This document shows, one piece after another, positions 25,735-38,634 of a DNA stretch of 64,000 bases. The notes beneath the pieces are model-generated. The model did no database searches, had not been told where the DNA came from, and was given only the letters and a program-made list of their open reading frames with translations. The stretch comes from Squalus acanthias (lineage: Eukaryota): positions 120,530,001-120,594,000 of the forward strand of contig CM059432.1 of NCBI GenBank assembly GCA_030390025.1, read 5' to 3'. Numbering within the stretch: position 1 is the stretch's first letter; every line of letters starts with the position of its first letter. Both the position numbers and the translations under genes were made by a program.

Positions 25735-28700
25735 TGCAGTCTGTGTTGTGTGATACATTATCACTTCAGTCTGTGCCGTGTGATACAGTGTCACTTCAGT
25801 CTGTGCCGTGTGATACAGTGTCACTTCAGCCTGTGTTGTGTGATACATCATCACTTCAGTCTGTGCCGTGTGACACAGTATCACTTCAGTCTGTGCTGTG
25901 AGGTAGTATCACTTCAGTCTGTACTGTGTGATACTGTATCACTTCAGTCTGTGCTGTGAAGTACATCATCACTTCAGTCTGTACCGTGTGATACAGTATC
26001 ACTTCAGTCTGTACCGTGTGATACAGTATCACTTCAGTCTGTGTTGTGTGATACAGTATCACTTCAGTCTGTGCCGTGTGATACAGTATCACTTCAGTCT
26101 GTGTTGTGTGATACAGTATCACTTCAGTCTGTGCTGTGTGATACAGTATCACTTCAGTCTGTGCTGTGTGATACAGTATCACTTCAGTCTGTGTTGTGTG
26201 ATACAGTATCACTTCAGTCTGTGCCGTGTGATACAGTATCACTTCAGTCTGTGCTGTGTGATACAGTATCACTTCAGTCTGTGCTGTGTGATACAGTATC
26301 ACTTTAGTCTGTGTTGTGTGATACAGTATCACTTCAGCCTGTGCTGTGTGATACAGTATCACTTCAGTCTGTGCTGTGTGATACAGTATCACTTCAGTCT
26401 GTGTTGTGTGATACAGTATCACTTCAGTCTGTGCCATGTGATACAGTATCACTTCAGTCTGTGCCATGTGATACAGTATCACTTCAGTCTGTGCTGTGTG
26501 ATACAGTATCACTTCAGTCTGTGCTGTGTGATACAGTATCACTTCAGTCTGTGTTGTGTGATACAGTATCACTTCAGTCTGTGCCGTGTGATACAGTATC
26601 ACTTCAGTCTGTGCTGTGTGATACAGTATCACTTCAGTCTGTGCTGTGTGATACAGTATCACTTTAGTCTGTGTTGTGTGATACAGTATCACTTCAGCCT
26701 GTGCTGTGTGATACAGTATCACTTCAGTCTGTGCTGTGTGATACAGTATCACTTCAGTCTGTGCCGTGTGATACAGTATCACTTCAGTCTGTGCCATGTG
26801 ATACAGTATCACTTCAGTCTGTGCTGTGTGATACAGTATCATGTCAGTCTGTGCCATGTGATACAGTATCACTTCAGCCTGTGTTGTGTGACACAGTATC
26901 ACTTTAGTCTGTGCTGTGTGATACAGTATCACTTCAGTCTGTGTTGTGTGATACAGTATCACTTCAGTCTGTGCCGTGTGATACAGTATCACTTCAGTCT
27001 GTGTTGTGTGATACAGTATCACTTCAGTCTGTGCTGTGTGATACAGTATCACTTCAGTCTGTGCTGTGTGATACAGTATCACTTCAGTCTGTGTTGTGTG
27101 ATACAGTATCACTTCAGTCTGTGCCGTGTGATACAGTATCACTTCAGTCTGTGCTGTGTGATACAGTATCACTTCAGTCTGTGCCGTGTGATACAGTATC
27201 ACTTCAGTCTGTGCTGTGTGATACAGTATCACTTCAGTCTGTGCTGTGTGATACAGTATCACTTTAGTCTGTGTTGTGTGATACAGTATCACTTCAGCCT
27301 GTGCTGTGTGATACAGTATCACTTCAGTCTGTGCTGTGTGATACAGTATCACTTCAGTCTGTGTTGTGTGATACAGTATCACTTCAGTCTGTGCCATGTG
27401 ATACAGTATCACTTCAGTCTGTGCCATGTGATACAGTATCACTTCAGTCTGTGCTGTGTGATACAGTATCACTTCAGTCTGTGCTGTGTGATACAGTATC
27501 ACTTCAGTCTGTGTTGTGTGATACAGTATCACTTCAGTCTGTGCCGTGTGATACAGTATCACTTCAGTCTGTGCTGTGTGATACAGTATCACTTCAGTCT
27601 GTGCTGAGTGATACAGTATCACTTTAGTCTGTGTTGTGTGATACAGTATCACTTCAGCCTGTGCTGTGTGATACAGTATCACTTCAGTCTGTGCTGTGTG
27701 ATACAGTATCACTTCAGTCTGTGCCGTGTGATACAGTATCACTTCAGTCTGTGCCATGTGATACAGTATCACTTCAGTCTGTGCTGTGTGATACAGTATC
27801 ATGTCAGTCTGTGCCATGTGATACAGTATCACTTCAGCCTGTGTTGTGTGACACAGTATCACTTTAGTCTGTGCTGTGTGATACAGTATCACTTCAGTCT
27901 GTGCCGTGTGATACATCATCACTTCAGTCTGTGCCATGTGATACAGTATCACTTCAGTCTGTGCCGTGTGATACAGTATCACTTCAGCCTGTGTTGTGTG
28001 ATACAGTATCACTTCAGTCTGTGCCGTGTGATACAGTATCACTTCAGCCTGTGTTGTGTGATGCAATATCACTTCAGTCTGTGCCGTGTGATACAGTATC
28101 ACTTCAGTCTGTGCTGTGTGATACAGTATCACTTCAGCCTGTGTTGTGTGATACAGTATCACTTCAGTCTGTGCCGTGTGATACAGTATCACTTCAGTCT
28201 GTGCTGTGTGATACAGTATCACTTCAAACTGTGCCGTGTGATACAGTATCACTTCAGCCTGTGTTGTGTGCTACAGTATCACTTCAGTCTGTGCTGTGTG
28301 ATGCAGTATCACTTCAGCCTGTGCCGTGTGATACATCATCACTTCAGTCTGTGGTGTGTGATACAGTATCACTTCAGTCCGTGCCGTGTGATACAGTATC
28401 ACTTCAGTCTGTGCCGTGTGATACAGTATCACTTCAGTCTGTGTTGTGTGACACAGTATCACTTCAGTCTGTGCCGTGTGATACAGTATCACTTCAGCCT
28501 GTGTTGTGTGATACAGTATCACTTCAGTCTGTTCCGTGTGATACATCATCACTTCAGTCTGTGCCATGTGATACAGTATCACTTCAGTCTGTGCTGTGTG
28601 ATACAGTATCACTTCAGTCTGTGTTGTGTGACACAGTATCACTTCAGTCTGTGTTGTGTGATACAGTATCACTTCAGCCTGAGCCGTGTGATACAGTATC

Positions 28701-29915
28701 ACTTCCGTCTGTGCTGTGTGATACAGTATCACTTCAGTCTGTGCCGTGTGATATAGTATCACTTCAGTCTGTGTTGTGTGATGCAGTATCACTTCAGTCT
28801 GTGCCGTGTGATACAGTATCACTTCAGTCTGTGCCGTGTGATACAGTATCACTTCAGTCTGTGCCGTGTGATACAGTATCACTTCAGTCTGTGCCATGTG
28901 ATACATCATCACTTCAGTCTGTGCTGTGTGATACAGTATCACTTCAGTCTGTGCCATGTGATACATCATCACTTCAGTCTGTGCCATTTGATACATCATC
29001 ACTTCAGTCTGTGTTGTGTGATACAGTATCACTTCAGCCTGTGTTGTGTGATACAGTATCACTTCAGTCTGTGCCGTGTGATACATCATCACTTCCGTCT
29101 GTGCCATGTGATACAGTATCACTTCAGTCTGTGTTGTGTGATACAGTATCACTTCAGTCTGTGTTGTGTGATACAGTATCACTTCAGTCTGTGTTGTGTG
29201 ATACAGTATCACTTCAGTCTGTGCCGTGTGATACAGTATCACTTCAGTCTGTGTTGTGTGATACAGTATCACTTCAGTCTGTGCCGTGTGATACAGTATC
29301 ACTTCCGTCTGTGTTGTGCGATACAGTATCACTTCAGTCTGTGCCATGTGATACAGTATCACTTCAGTCTGTGCCGTGTGATACATCATCACTTCAGTCT
29401 GTGCCGTGTGATACATCATCACTTCAGTCTGTGCCGTGTGATACATCATCACTTCAGTCTGTGCCGTGTGATACATCATCACTTCAGTCTGTGCCGTGTG
29501 ATACAGTATCACTTCAGTCTGTGCCGTGTGATACATCATCACTTCAGTCTGTGCCGTGTGATACAGTATCACTATAGTCTGTGCTGTGTGATACAGTATC
29601 ACTTCAGCCTGTGTTGTGTGATACATCATCACTTCAGTCTGTGGTGTGTGATACAGTATCACTTCAGTCTGTGCCGTGTGATACAGTATCACTTCAGTCT
29701 GTGGTGTGTGATACAGTATCACTTCAGTCTGTGCCGTGTGATACAGTATCACTTCAGTCTGTGCCGTGTGTGACAGTATCACTTCAGTCTGTGCCGTGTG
29801 ATACAGTATCACTTCAGTCTGTGTTGTGTGATACAGTATCACTTCAGTCTGTGCTGTGTGATACAGTATCACTTCAGTCTGTGCCGTGTGATACAGTATC
29901 ACTTCAGTCTGAGCT
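25735..29915. repeat. 30-bp minisatellite, about 139 units (GTGCYGTGTGATACAGTATCACTTCAGTCT)
   Basis: Strict 30-bp register visible over ~4.2 kb. Confidence 0.98.
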
Positions 29916-30312
29916 GTGAGATCCAGAATCAGTGCAGCCTGAGCTGTGAGGTACAGTATTGTTGTATTCTGAGACACATGGTAAGGTATCACAACAAGTA
30001 GAGGCACTTGGTACACTTTCAGGATAAGACTGCAGAGGCATCTAGTTTCAGGCTGGCAAGTGGGTCAGCAGACACAGCCCGTTGCATTTATATTTGCAGG
30101 TTCATATCTATCTGGCAACATCAAGCTGGGACAGCAACACTGATTTACTGAGAATGTAGAAGGGTGTGCGAGGAGCAGCAACAGGCATATCTTAGAATGA
30201 GGCACCACCTAGTGAAAAGTTGCCCTGCATGCTAAATATCAAAAGAAGCATGTCATAGACACAGCTAAGCAGCAACAACAATAACAACAATAACAACAAC
30301 TTATAGAATCAT

Positions 30313-31040
30313 AGGGGGAAAATTTGGGTTGGTTTGCTCCTCTCGTCAGCGCCTCCGGGGGCGCTAACGGGGCGCAAATCCCCAAGTGCCCGGCGCAGCT
30401 CCGCTAACACATCCCGCAAAATTCAGTGGGAGGTTAGCGGTGGCGGTAGCGTCCCGTGATGCTTTGCCGCCGGCGATGACATCATCGCCATGCACAGCGC
30501 CCCGCTTGCGCCCCCGCCACAAACTTCCCTTACGCCCCCTGATCTATCGCCAGACGATATGTCCAACAGGATCAGGGGTCGTTTTTGCAGCAACGGTGTC
30601 ACTACTTAAAGGGCAGGTGTCGGGCGGCCATTTTTATTTTGGCTGATATGCCCCCTTTCCTTTTTTACATGGGGTGCTGGCTGTGATCGCTCAGCCCGGC
30701 ACTCCTCTTGAGTGCTGGGCTGTTTTCATGACACCCCGCTCTCCGGTGGTCCAGCAGGGCTCCGGTGCGCACAGCGCTAGGCCCCTCCCCTTTAATCAAG
30801 GGAGGAAGCCTGCAATGACACGATGCTACATGCCGCCGCATGTGGTGCAGCGGCACATAGTGCTGTGAAATTCAGTAGTAGCGCCCCAAGCAAGAGGTGG
30901 GGCACTACTGGAAAGTGCTCCACCTCCTGCTTGGGGTGCTCCTACTGAATTTATGGCGGGGGCGCTAACTTTTTGGAGGTGTTAAATTAGTGCCCCGGCG
31001 ACGTTAGCGCCCCAAAATGGATGCCACCCAATTTTCCCCT
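30313..31040. mobile_element. Harbinger-like MITE inserted in the CR1 (TAGAATCA)n tail
   Basis: TIRs AGGGGGAAAATTTGGG / CCCAATTTTCCCCT; TSD CAT; TTAGCGCC/GGCGCTAA subterminal motifs. Confidence 0.85.
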
Positions 31041-31730
31041 CATAGAATCATAGAATGGTTACAGCACGGAAGAAGGCCATTTGGCCCGTTGAGCCAGTGC
31101 CGGCTCTCTGTAAGATCACTTCAGCTAGCCCCACCCCCCCGCCCTTTCCCTGTAGCCTGCAATTAATTTTCCTTCAGATACTTATCCAACTCCCTTTTGA
31201 AAGCCATGATTGAATCTGATTCCACCACCCTTTCAGGCAGTGCATTCCAGATCATAACCACTCGCTGCGTAAAAAAGTTTTTTCTTACGTTGCCTTTGGT
31301 TCTTTTGCCAATCACCTTAAATCTGTGTCCTCTGGTTCTCAACCCTTCCGCCAATGGGAACAGTTTCTCTCTATCTACTCTGTCCAGACCCCTCATGATT
31401 TTGAACACCTCTATCAAATCTCCTTTCAATCTTCTCTGCTCCAAGGAGAACAACCCCAGCTTCCCCAGTCTATCAACATAACTGAAGTCCCTCATTCCTG
31501 GAATCATTCTTGTAAATCTTTTCTGCACCCTCTCTAAGGCCTTCACATCCTTCCTAAAGTGTGGTGCCCAGAATTGGACACAATACTCCAGTTGGGGCCG
31601 AACTAGTGTTTTATACAGGTTCATCATAATTTCCACACTTTTGTAATCTATACCTCTATTCATGAAGCCCAGGATCCCGTAAGCCTTTTTAACTGCTTTC
31701 TCAACCTGCCCTGCCACCTTCAATGATAAG
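31041..31730 (-). mobile_element. CR1 LINE 3' end
   Basis: [19 protein letters not shown]...LERVQKRFTRMIPG...RTRGHRFK; (TAGAATCA)n tail. Confidence 0.92.
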
Positions 31731-31875
31731 GTGTATTTACTATGGGTATGGACCAAGAACTTGTATTTACATAGTGCCTTTAACGCAGTAAAACTTCCCA
31801 AGGCGCTTCACAGGAGCATTATAAGACAAAAATTTGACACTGAGCCACATAAGGAGAAATTTGGGCAAATGACAA

Positions 31876-32638
31876 GGCAAGGGAATACACAATAAATGGT
31901 AGGATACTGAGAAGTGTAGAGGAACAGAGGGACCTTGGAGTGCATGTCCATGGATCCCTGAAGGTAGAAGGACAGGTAGGTAAGGTGGTTACAAAGGCAT
32001 ATGGGATACTTTCCTTATTAGCCGAGGCATAGAATATAAGAGCAGGGAGGTTATGCTTGAACTGTATGAAACATTAGTTAGGCCACAGCTAGAATACTGA
32101 GTGCAGTTCTGGTCACCACATACAGGAAAGATGTGATTGCACTAGAGAGGGTACAGAGGAGATTTACGAGGATGTTGCCAGGACTGGAGAATTTTAGCTA
32201 TGAGCAAAGATTGGATAGGCTGGGTTTGTTTTCTTTGGAACAGAGGAGGCTGAGGGGAGAGTTAATTGATGGAGGTGTATAAAATTATGAGGGGCCGAGA
32301 TAGAATGGATAGGAAGGACCTATTTCCCCTAACAGTGGTCAATAACCAGAGGCCATCAATTTAAAGTAATTGGTAGAAGGATTAGAGGGAGTTGAGGAGA
32401 ACTTTTTTCACCCAGAGGGTGGTGGGAGTCTGGAACTCACTGCCTGAAAGGGTGGTAGAGGCAGAAACCCTCATCACATTTAAAAAGTACTTGGATATGC
32501 ACTTCAAGTGCCGTAACCTCGAAGGCTATGGACCAAGAGCTGGAAAGTGGGATTAGGCTGGATAGCTCTTTTTCGGCCTGCACAGACACAGTGCGTTAAA
32601 TGGCCTCCTTCTGCGCCGTAACTTTCTATGATTCTATG
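31876..32638 (+). mobile_element. CR1 LINE 3' fragment inserted into an L2 tail
   Basis: Degenerate CR1 ORF2 C-terminus and TTCTATGATTCTATGA end; flanked by L2-tail sequence that resumes at CCAAAAGCTTGGTCAAAG. Confidence 0.85.
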
Positions 32639-32784
32639 ACCAAAAGCTTGGTCAAAGAGGTTGGTTTTAAGGAGTGTCTTAAAGGAGGAAAGAAATGGAT
32701 CTTGAAATCAGCAAATTAATTTGAATTTGTGGCAATTAATTGGGACTAATAAATCCAATAGGTAATTCAGGAGAAACCTCTTTA

Positions 32785-34493
32785 CAACAACAACAACTTA
32801 TATTTATATAGCGCCTTTAACGTAGTAAAACGTCCCAAGGTGCTTAACAGGAGTATTAAATGACAACAAATTTGACACCAAGCCACATAAGGAGAAATTA
32901 GGGCAGGTGACCAAAAGCTTGGTCAAAGAAGTAGGTTTTAAGGAGCGTCTTAAAGGAGGAAAGAGAGGTAGCGAGGCGGAGAGGTTTAAGCAGGGAATTC
33001 CAGAGCTTAGGGCCTAGGCAACAGAAGGCATGGCCACCAATAGTTGAGTGATTATAATCAGGGATGCTCAAGAGGGCAGAATTAGAGGAACGCAGATATC
33101 TCAGGGGGTTGTGGGGCAGGAGGAGATTACAGAGATAGGGAGGGGCGAGGCCATGGAGGGATTTGAAAACAAGGATGAGAATTTTGAAACCGAGGAGTTG
33201 TTTAACCGGGAGTTGATGTAGGTCAGCGAGCAGAGGGATGATGGGTGAACGGGACTTGGTGCGAGTTAGGACACAGACAGCTAAGTTTTGGATGACCTCA
33301 AGTTTTTTTAGGGTAGAAAGTGGAAGGCCAACCAGGAGTTCATTGGAATAGTCAAGTCTAGAGGTCATAAAGGCATGGATGAGGGTTTCAGCAGCAGATG
33401 AGCTGAGACAGGGGCGGAGACAGCCGATGTTATGGAGGTGGAAATAGGCGGTCTTAGTTATGCTGCGGATATGTGGTCGGAAGCTCATTTCAGGGTCAAC
33501 TATGACACCAAGGTTGCAAACTGTGTGGTTCAGCCTCAGACAGATGTTAGGGAGAGGGATGGAGTCAATGGCTAGGGAACGGAGTTTGTGGCAGGGAATG
33601 AAAACATTGGCCCAGAAATTGATCTCGCTCTGTTCCCGCGTGGGTAAGCCTTCCCCGCGATGTCTCACCTCGCTTATGCTTTTTCTGATCCAGCTCGCAC
33701 GAAATTGATGTTCCAGACATCAGCTGTGCTGGGCTTGCGTATCCCAGCGGCGTAGTTAATTTGTGCGAGCTGTGGGATCACGTGACTCAGTTAGAGCCAA
33801 TGGCAGCACACCATCTTCCATTCATAAGTCTCACAGCCTGGCTGTGAGACTTATGAATCTTACACCCCCCAAAAATAACAGCTAAACCTCAATTAAATTT
33901 TAAAAAAAAACCATCACATTAATAAAATAAGTATAGTTAATTAAATTAACCATTTTAAATAAAAAATTAAATTTTTGAAAAAATTTAAAATCTTTTAAAA
34001 AGTTATAAAAATAAACTTACCTGTCTTTAAAGTCTATAAAAAAGATATACCTGTAAAAAAAAATTCAAAAAAATACTTAATTCACTACTTACCTTCTTAA
34101 AAGCGGGTCTTACTCCTCCTTTTTACATTTCCAAAATCTTCCCTACTTACCTGCGCGTCCAAAGCATGAAGTGCACAGCGTGCGCGCAGCCTGTAGCGCG
34201 CACGCGATGCACTCAGGCCCCGCCCCCTTTTCGGAAGAGCAATTGCCGGTTTTCAGCGCATGCGCAGGGCATGCAGAAAACCGGCAATTGGAGTGGGAAT
34301 ACGCGAGAGTATGCAGTGCGTACTCTCGCGTCCCGGGATCAATTTTCGGCCCAATGGCTTTGGTCTTCCCAATATTTAATTGGAGAAAATTTCTGCTCAT
34401 CCAGTACTGGATGTTGGACAAGCAGTCTGACAATTTAGAGGCCATGGAGGGGTCAAGTGAGGTGGTGGTGAGGCAGAGCTGGGTGTCGTCAGC
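32785..34493 (-). mobile_element. L2 LINE 3' part, interrupted by MITE copy C
   Basis: ADDTQL, NFLQLNIGKTK, SRLDYSN, FKILILVFKSLHGLAPPYL, PKLWNSL motifs; (CAA)n tail. Confidence 0.92.
33609..34352 (+). mobile_element. GGCCC-TIR MITE family, copy C (diverged subfamily)
   Basis: TIRs GGCCCAGAAATTGATC / GATCAATTTTCGGCCC; TSD ATT/AAT; splits the L2 ORF. Confidence 0.9.
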
Positions 34494-34950
34494 CATCAAC
34501 TGTGACTCAGTTGGTAGAACCGTCGCCTCTGAGTCAGAAGGTTGTGGGTTCAAGTCCCACTCCAGAGACTCGAGCACATAATCTAGGCTGCCACTCCAGT
34601 GCCGTATTGAGGGAGTCTGGCACTGTCGGAGGTGCCGTTTTTCAGATGAGACGTTAAACTGAGGCCCCGTCTGCTCTCTCAGGTGGTCGTAAAAGATCCC
34701 ATGGCACTATTTCAAAGAAGAGCAGGGGAGTTATCCCCGGTGTCCTGGCCAATATTTATCCCTCAATTAACATCACTAAAACAGATTATCTGGTCATTAT
34801 CACATTGCTGTTTGTGGGACCTTGCTGTTTGCAAATTGGCTGTCGAGTTTCCTACAATACAACAGTGACTTCACTCCAAAAATTACTTAATTGGCTGTAA
34901 AATGCTTTGAGACGTCCGGTGGGCGTGAAAGGCGCGATAGAAATGCAAGT
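34494..34950 (+). mobile_element. Full-length tRNA-derived DeuSINE-type (SacSINE1-like) SINE
   Basis: Pol III A box TGACTCAGTTGGTAG, B box GGTTCAAGTCCC, Deu-like core and L2-like tail. Confidence 0.85.
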
Positions 34951-37639
34951 CTTTCTTTTTTTTTCTTTTATAAAGGCATATTGATTTTTTACGAAAAAAT
35001 CGTTGGGGTAAATCCCTTTCAAGTCCATTGAAAGACCAGTTTCCTCTGTGAAGTAATTACTTCTAGCGGTACATTTCATCTTGAGAGGGAGAAAGAGAGC
35101 TGGAGAGAGATTTTTTTTAATTCATTCATGGGATCTGGGGGTCGCTGGCAAGGCCAGCATTTATTGCAAGTACATTGGCCACATTTCTATATTGTTGCAT
35201 TTCTGTTGTTCCAGTGGCTGGGCCATGGACTTTGAATCAATACATATATGCACCTGTTATAGTGAGTGCCACTAACTGTGGTGGAATTCAGATTGGTGAT
35301 GCAAGTGGCACAGCAACGGGCCAGAACTGGTGCTGAGGCCCTCAAAAGGAGGCAGGGCCAAAGGACCAGGCAGACAGCACAAACAATCCCAGCGAAACAT
35401 CCAGCAGCAGAAAGGTCATTTAGAATGATTTAGAACTAGAACTCATTGTACCAGAAGTGTTAGAGAAGGGGCTCATTTCTGGGCACTGCTAAAAAAAAAG
35501 GATGAGTAAATAAAACGGACAATGACATTTCATCTGCAGGCTTTGTATTCAAATCTAATGGAACACCAATTCAGACTGACAAAGAAAAATTGATATCCCA
35601 TCAGGAATTACACAGCCACAACTGATACATTAGGGATTACATTCTTCCATTTAACGAATCCCAGAGTAAGAATAGCCATGATTGTTCTGGGGTTGGAGCA
35701 AGTAAAGGTAGTTTATTGGCGCTTCTACCGGACCAGCCTCGACAGGCCAGCTACGATCGCAACTGTACTGTGTCTATTGTTCTCAGAGGGGAATACATCG
35801 CGCAGTCAGTAGACCAAAATTACATGGCTAGCAGCCCATCCTATCAGGTGACAAGAAGGTCAGCTGCACATCCACACAAAGTTAGAACAATTTCCAGTTT
35901 CAGTCGATCCAGAAAATATTCCTGTCAAAATACACAGAAAGTGAGAAACTTTTTTAATTGATTTTTTTTTTTTGTCTTGCTTCGAGAGTACTCATGGCTC
36001 CTGGAAATTATGTCCTGGAAAATGGGGCCCTGTGCAGACATCCAAAACATGCATGTAACAGAGCTCCTTTGTGGCTGTCCTTACTGCAATCTGGGGAAGG
36101 GGTTAGACAGCTCGAGGTATAATATTGTTTTGTGCAACATATTGCACAGATATCGGGTCAATTCCTGGACCAGCCGATCATTTTGAAAACCGCACTCAAA
36201 CTGATGTGAAATGGCCACCGGGTGGGTGTCTCATATCACTTGCTTCAGTGCACTGAGCTGTGAGATCAGGATGTACCCACCAGATTAGACTTTTGCCACT
36301 TTTGTGCAGATGCATACCAGAAATCACTTTGCATTGATGTGAAGGTGACAGTCAATTTAAAAACTAATTTTACAATTCATGAAAAAGGACTTTTCCCAAG
36401 ATAAGTTACAAATGGATTAGGAACTTTACAACCATTTAAAAAGCAGCATTGCAAACACACCTTTCCAAACTGCCAGGGGTCTGTGAAATTCAACCACATG
36501 AACCCAACAGAATAATAATTGTAAGCCTCGATTGAAACTGTTTGCAGGCCGGATAGCCTGAGCTCCTGGTGCAGAGCCTCCCTCAGTCAGAGCGCTGATT
36601 GGAGTATCGGGCAAGATTTTCCGCACATCTGCTTCGTGGCATTCCCGATTTTCCGGTGATTAGCAAAATCTTAAGTGCCGTAATTCAGGCAAGCCGATCT
36701 CCGCACCTAAGGGGGCGATTTTCCCACCGGAGGCGAGATGGAGGTGGGTTTCAGTTTGGGTGGGTTTGAAACCCGCCTCCACAAATAGTTTAAAAAATGT
36801 TTCCCCTGATTGGCCACTTGATTTCAGAGGTGTGGGATGCCCTTGGTCAATTAGTGTTTTGGGACTGAAACTCGCCTCTGCTGACATCACTTTTCCAGTC
36901 TGATTTTATGGCTTCTTGCTGCCTTGGATCATTTCTGCCTATGCTGCACCATATGCAACATATTCTGAGAAACCACTATGTCCAATTCCAAGGCAAGGGC
37001 CTCCCCGAGGCTCTTGGATGAGGCACTGCAAATGTTGTTTGAGGGGGTGACAGCTAGCAGGGAGGTGCTCTTCCACTCATCTGGGAGGAAGCGGCCTCCC
37101 AAAGAAACCAAGGCTGTGTGGGTCCAGCTGGCAAGGGATATAACCTCCAGATCTGTGTACAGATTGGGTGAATGTTTCTGTGTGTTGATGAAATGCCATC
37201 CCTGTTGGAAAGTACTAAAATGATGTGATGCCAAAATGTTGGTGTCATGGCATCTGTTCTTTCGCCTTAGGCAGCTCCACATTGCGGGCACCGCCACACT
37301 TGCGTTGTCAGGTTGGTGGCCTGAGTGAAAGGAGGCCAGAGAGTCATGTCCATTGTCAATAATGTCTTAGGATGGAGCCAAGGACATGTGCCAACTTGGG
37401 CAACCTAGGCAAATCTGGCCAGGATAAGTTCATCCTTGCATCCCGGGCAGCCATGTGCCCGTGTGCTGCCGCTGCTGCTGGTCGATACACCGGCACTCTG
37501 ATCTCCTCCTGCTCCTCCTCCTCCTCCTGATCCTCCTCCTCCTCATCCTCATCTGAGGAGTGGTCATGATGCGGAGATGCCGGTGTTGGACTGGGGTGAA
37601 CAAAAATGAGAAGTCGCACAACACCAGGTTATAGTCCAA

Positions 37640-38532
37640 GGGGTAAAAATTCACTTGGTTGCGCCTCCCGTTAGCGCCTTAAGAGGGCGCTAATGGGGCG
37701 CAAAGCCGCTAACGCCCGGGCGCAGCGATGTTTGCACCGCTCGAGAACTTAACTTGAGATTGTGCGGCGGCGCTAAAACTTACCGCTGCGACCACCTGCG
37801 CGCGCAGATTGTGACGTCATTCCATGGTGCAACGCCCTTGTGGCGCCCCGTAGCGGAAATTGAGTGGCGCCCCCTGCCTTACCGCCTGGCGCTTCCAACG
37901 ACCAGAAGACTGGAACGCTATCAATCGCTGTGGGGCTGGGGGGGGCGCTATTTAAAGGGGGCCTCTTCCTGTCTTTTATTGTTGGTGGCATTTTTGAACT
38001 ACGCATTCTGAGAGAGAGAGGGAGAGACTTCTGGAGAGATTCAACGTTGTGTGAAGGAGTTTTGGGTACTGAGCAGCACTTTGCAGGTTCATTTTGATTT
38101 GCCATTCCTTGTATCGATTTAGCAGAGACTGTGGGAGCTGCACTCTGAGCTCTTTGCCTGGTACTTTCCATTGTTCTTTCCAGCACATTTGATGTGCAAG
38201 TCTCTCCAGGCCGAGATTCAAGGCAGCAATGAACAGGATGTGGATGGAAAGCAAGATTAACCATCCCCTTTAAGAACTGGCCCGTGCCATTGTGTGTGTG
38301 TTCCATTGCTGACTGACATTACATGAGCTTCGCCAGCGCTCCGAGTTAGCGCCTCACTGCTCGGCCTTTGCGCCTTAAGAGAGGTGTGCAGCGCCTGCTT
38401 TAGCGCTCCACTCACCTCCCGGGGCGGTAAAAGTGAAGTTTCCTGTCAGTGCCGATAATTAGCGCCAGGCGCTAATATTTGCGTCCGGACGATATTTGCG
38501 CCCCAAATGGGGCGCGACCTAATTTCTACCCC
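37640..38532 (+). mobile_element. 893-bp non-autonomous Harbinger related to the intact element at 52069
   Basis: TIRs GGGGTAAAAATT / AATTTCTACCCC; TSD CAA; ends nearly identical to 52069-52400 and 55960-56150. Confidence 0.95.
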
Positions 38533-38593
38533 CAACAGTTTTATTTGAAATCACAAGCTTTCGGAGCTTACGTGGCCCCTTCCTCAGGTGAAG

Positions 38594-38634
38594 TCACCTG
38601 AGGAAGGGGCCACGTAAGCTCCGAAAGCTTGTGA
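38594..38634 (+). ncRNA. Minimal type I hammerhead ribozyme (Penelope type); mirror copy on minus strand at 38551-38591
   Basis: TCAC-CTGAGGA-A-GGGGC/GCTCC-GAAA-GC-TT-GTGA: CUGANGA and GAAA cores, stems I and II, palindromic AAGCTT stem III. Confidence 0.75.

Noticed and set aside
25090..25735. Coding-looking stretch next to the minisatellite
   Set aside because: No frame stays open and no motif is recognised; possibly an old TE remnant.
25735..29915. CRISPR-like array (30-bp palindromic repeat)
   Set aside because: Units are head-to-tail with no unique spacers, there are no cas genes, and the context is vertebrate.
25886..30016. Very long repetitive ORFs (up to 788 aa) on both strands
   Set aside because: A 30-bp unit without stops is open in several frames at once; variation follows CpG decay rather than codon position; no gene context.
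34494..34565. tRNA gene
   Set aside because: The A and B boxes belong to the SINE head; there is no convincing cloverleaf and it runs directly into the SINE body.
37773..38306. 177-aa ORF in the 893-bp MITE, partly shared with 62184-62564
   Set aside because: It spans promoter/UTR-derived sequence, the 3' end differs between copies and there is no recognisable domain. Coding cannot be fully excluded without dN/dS.
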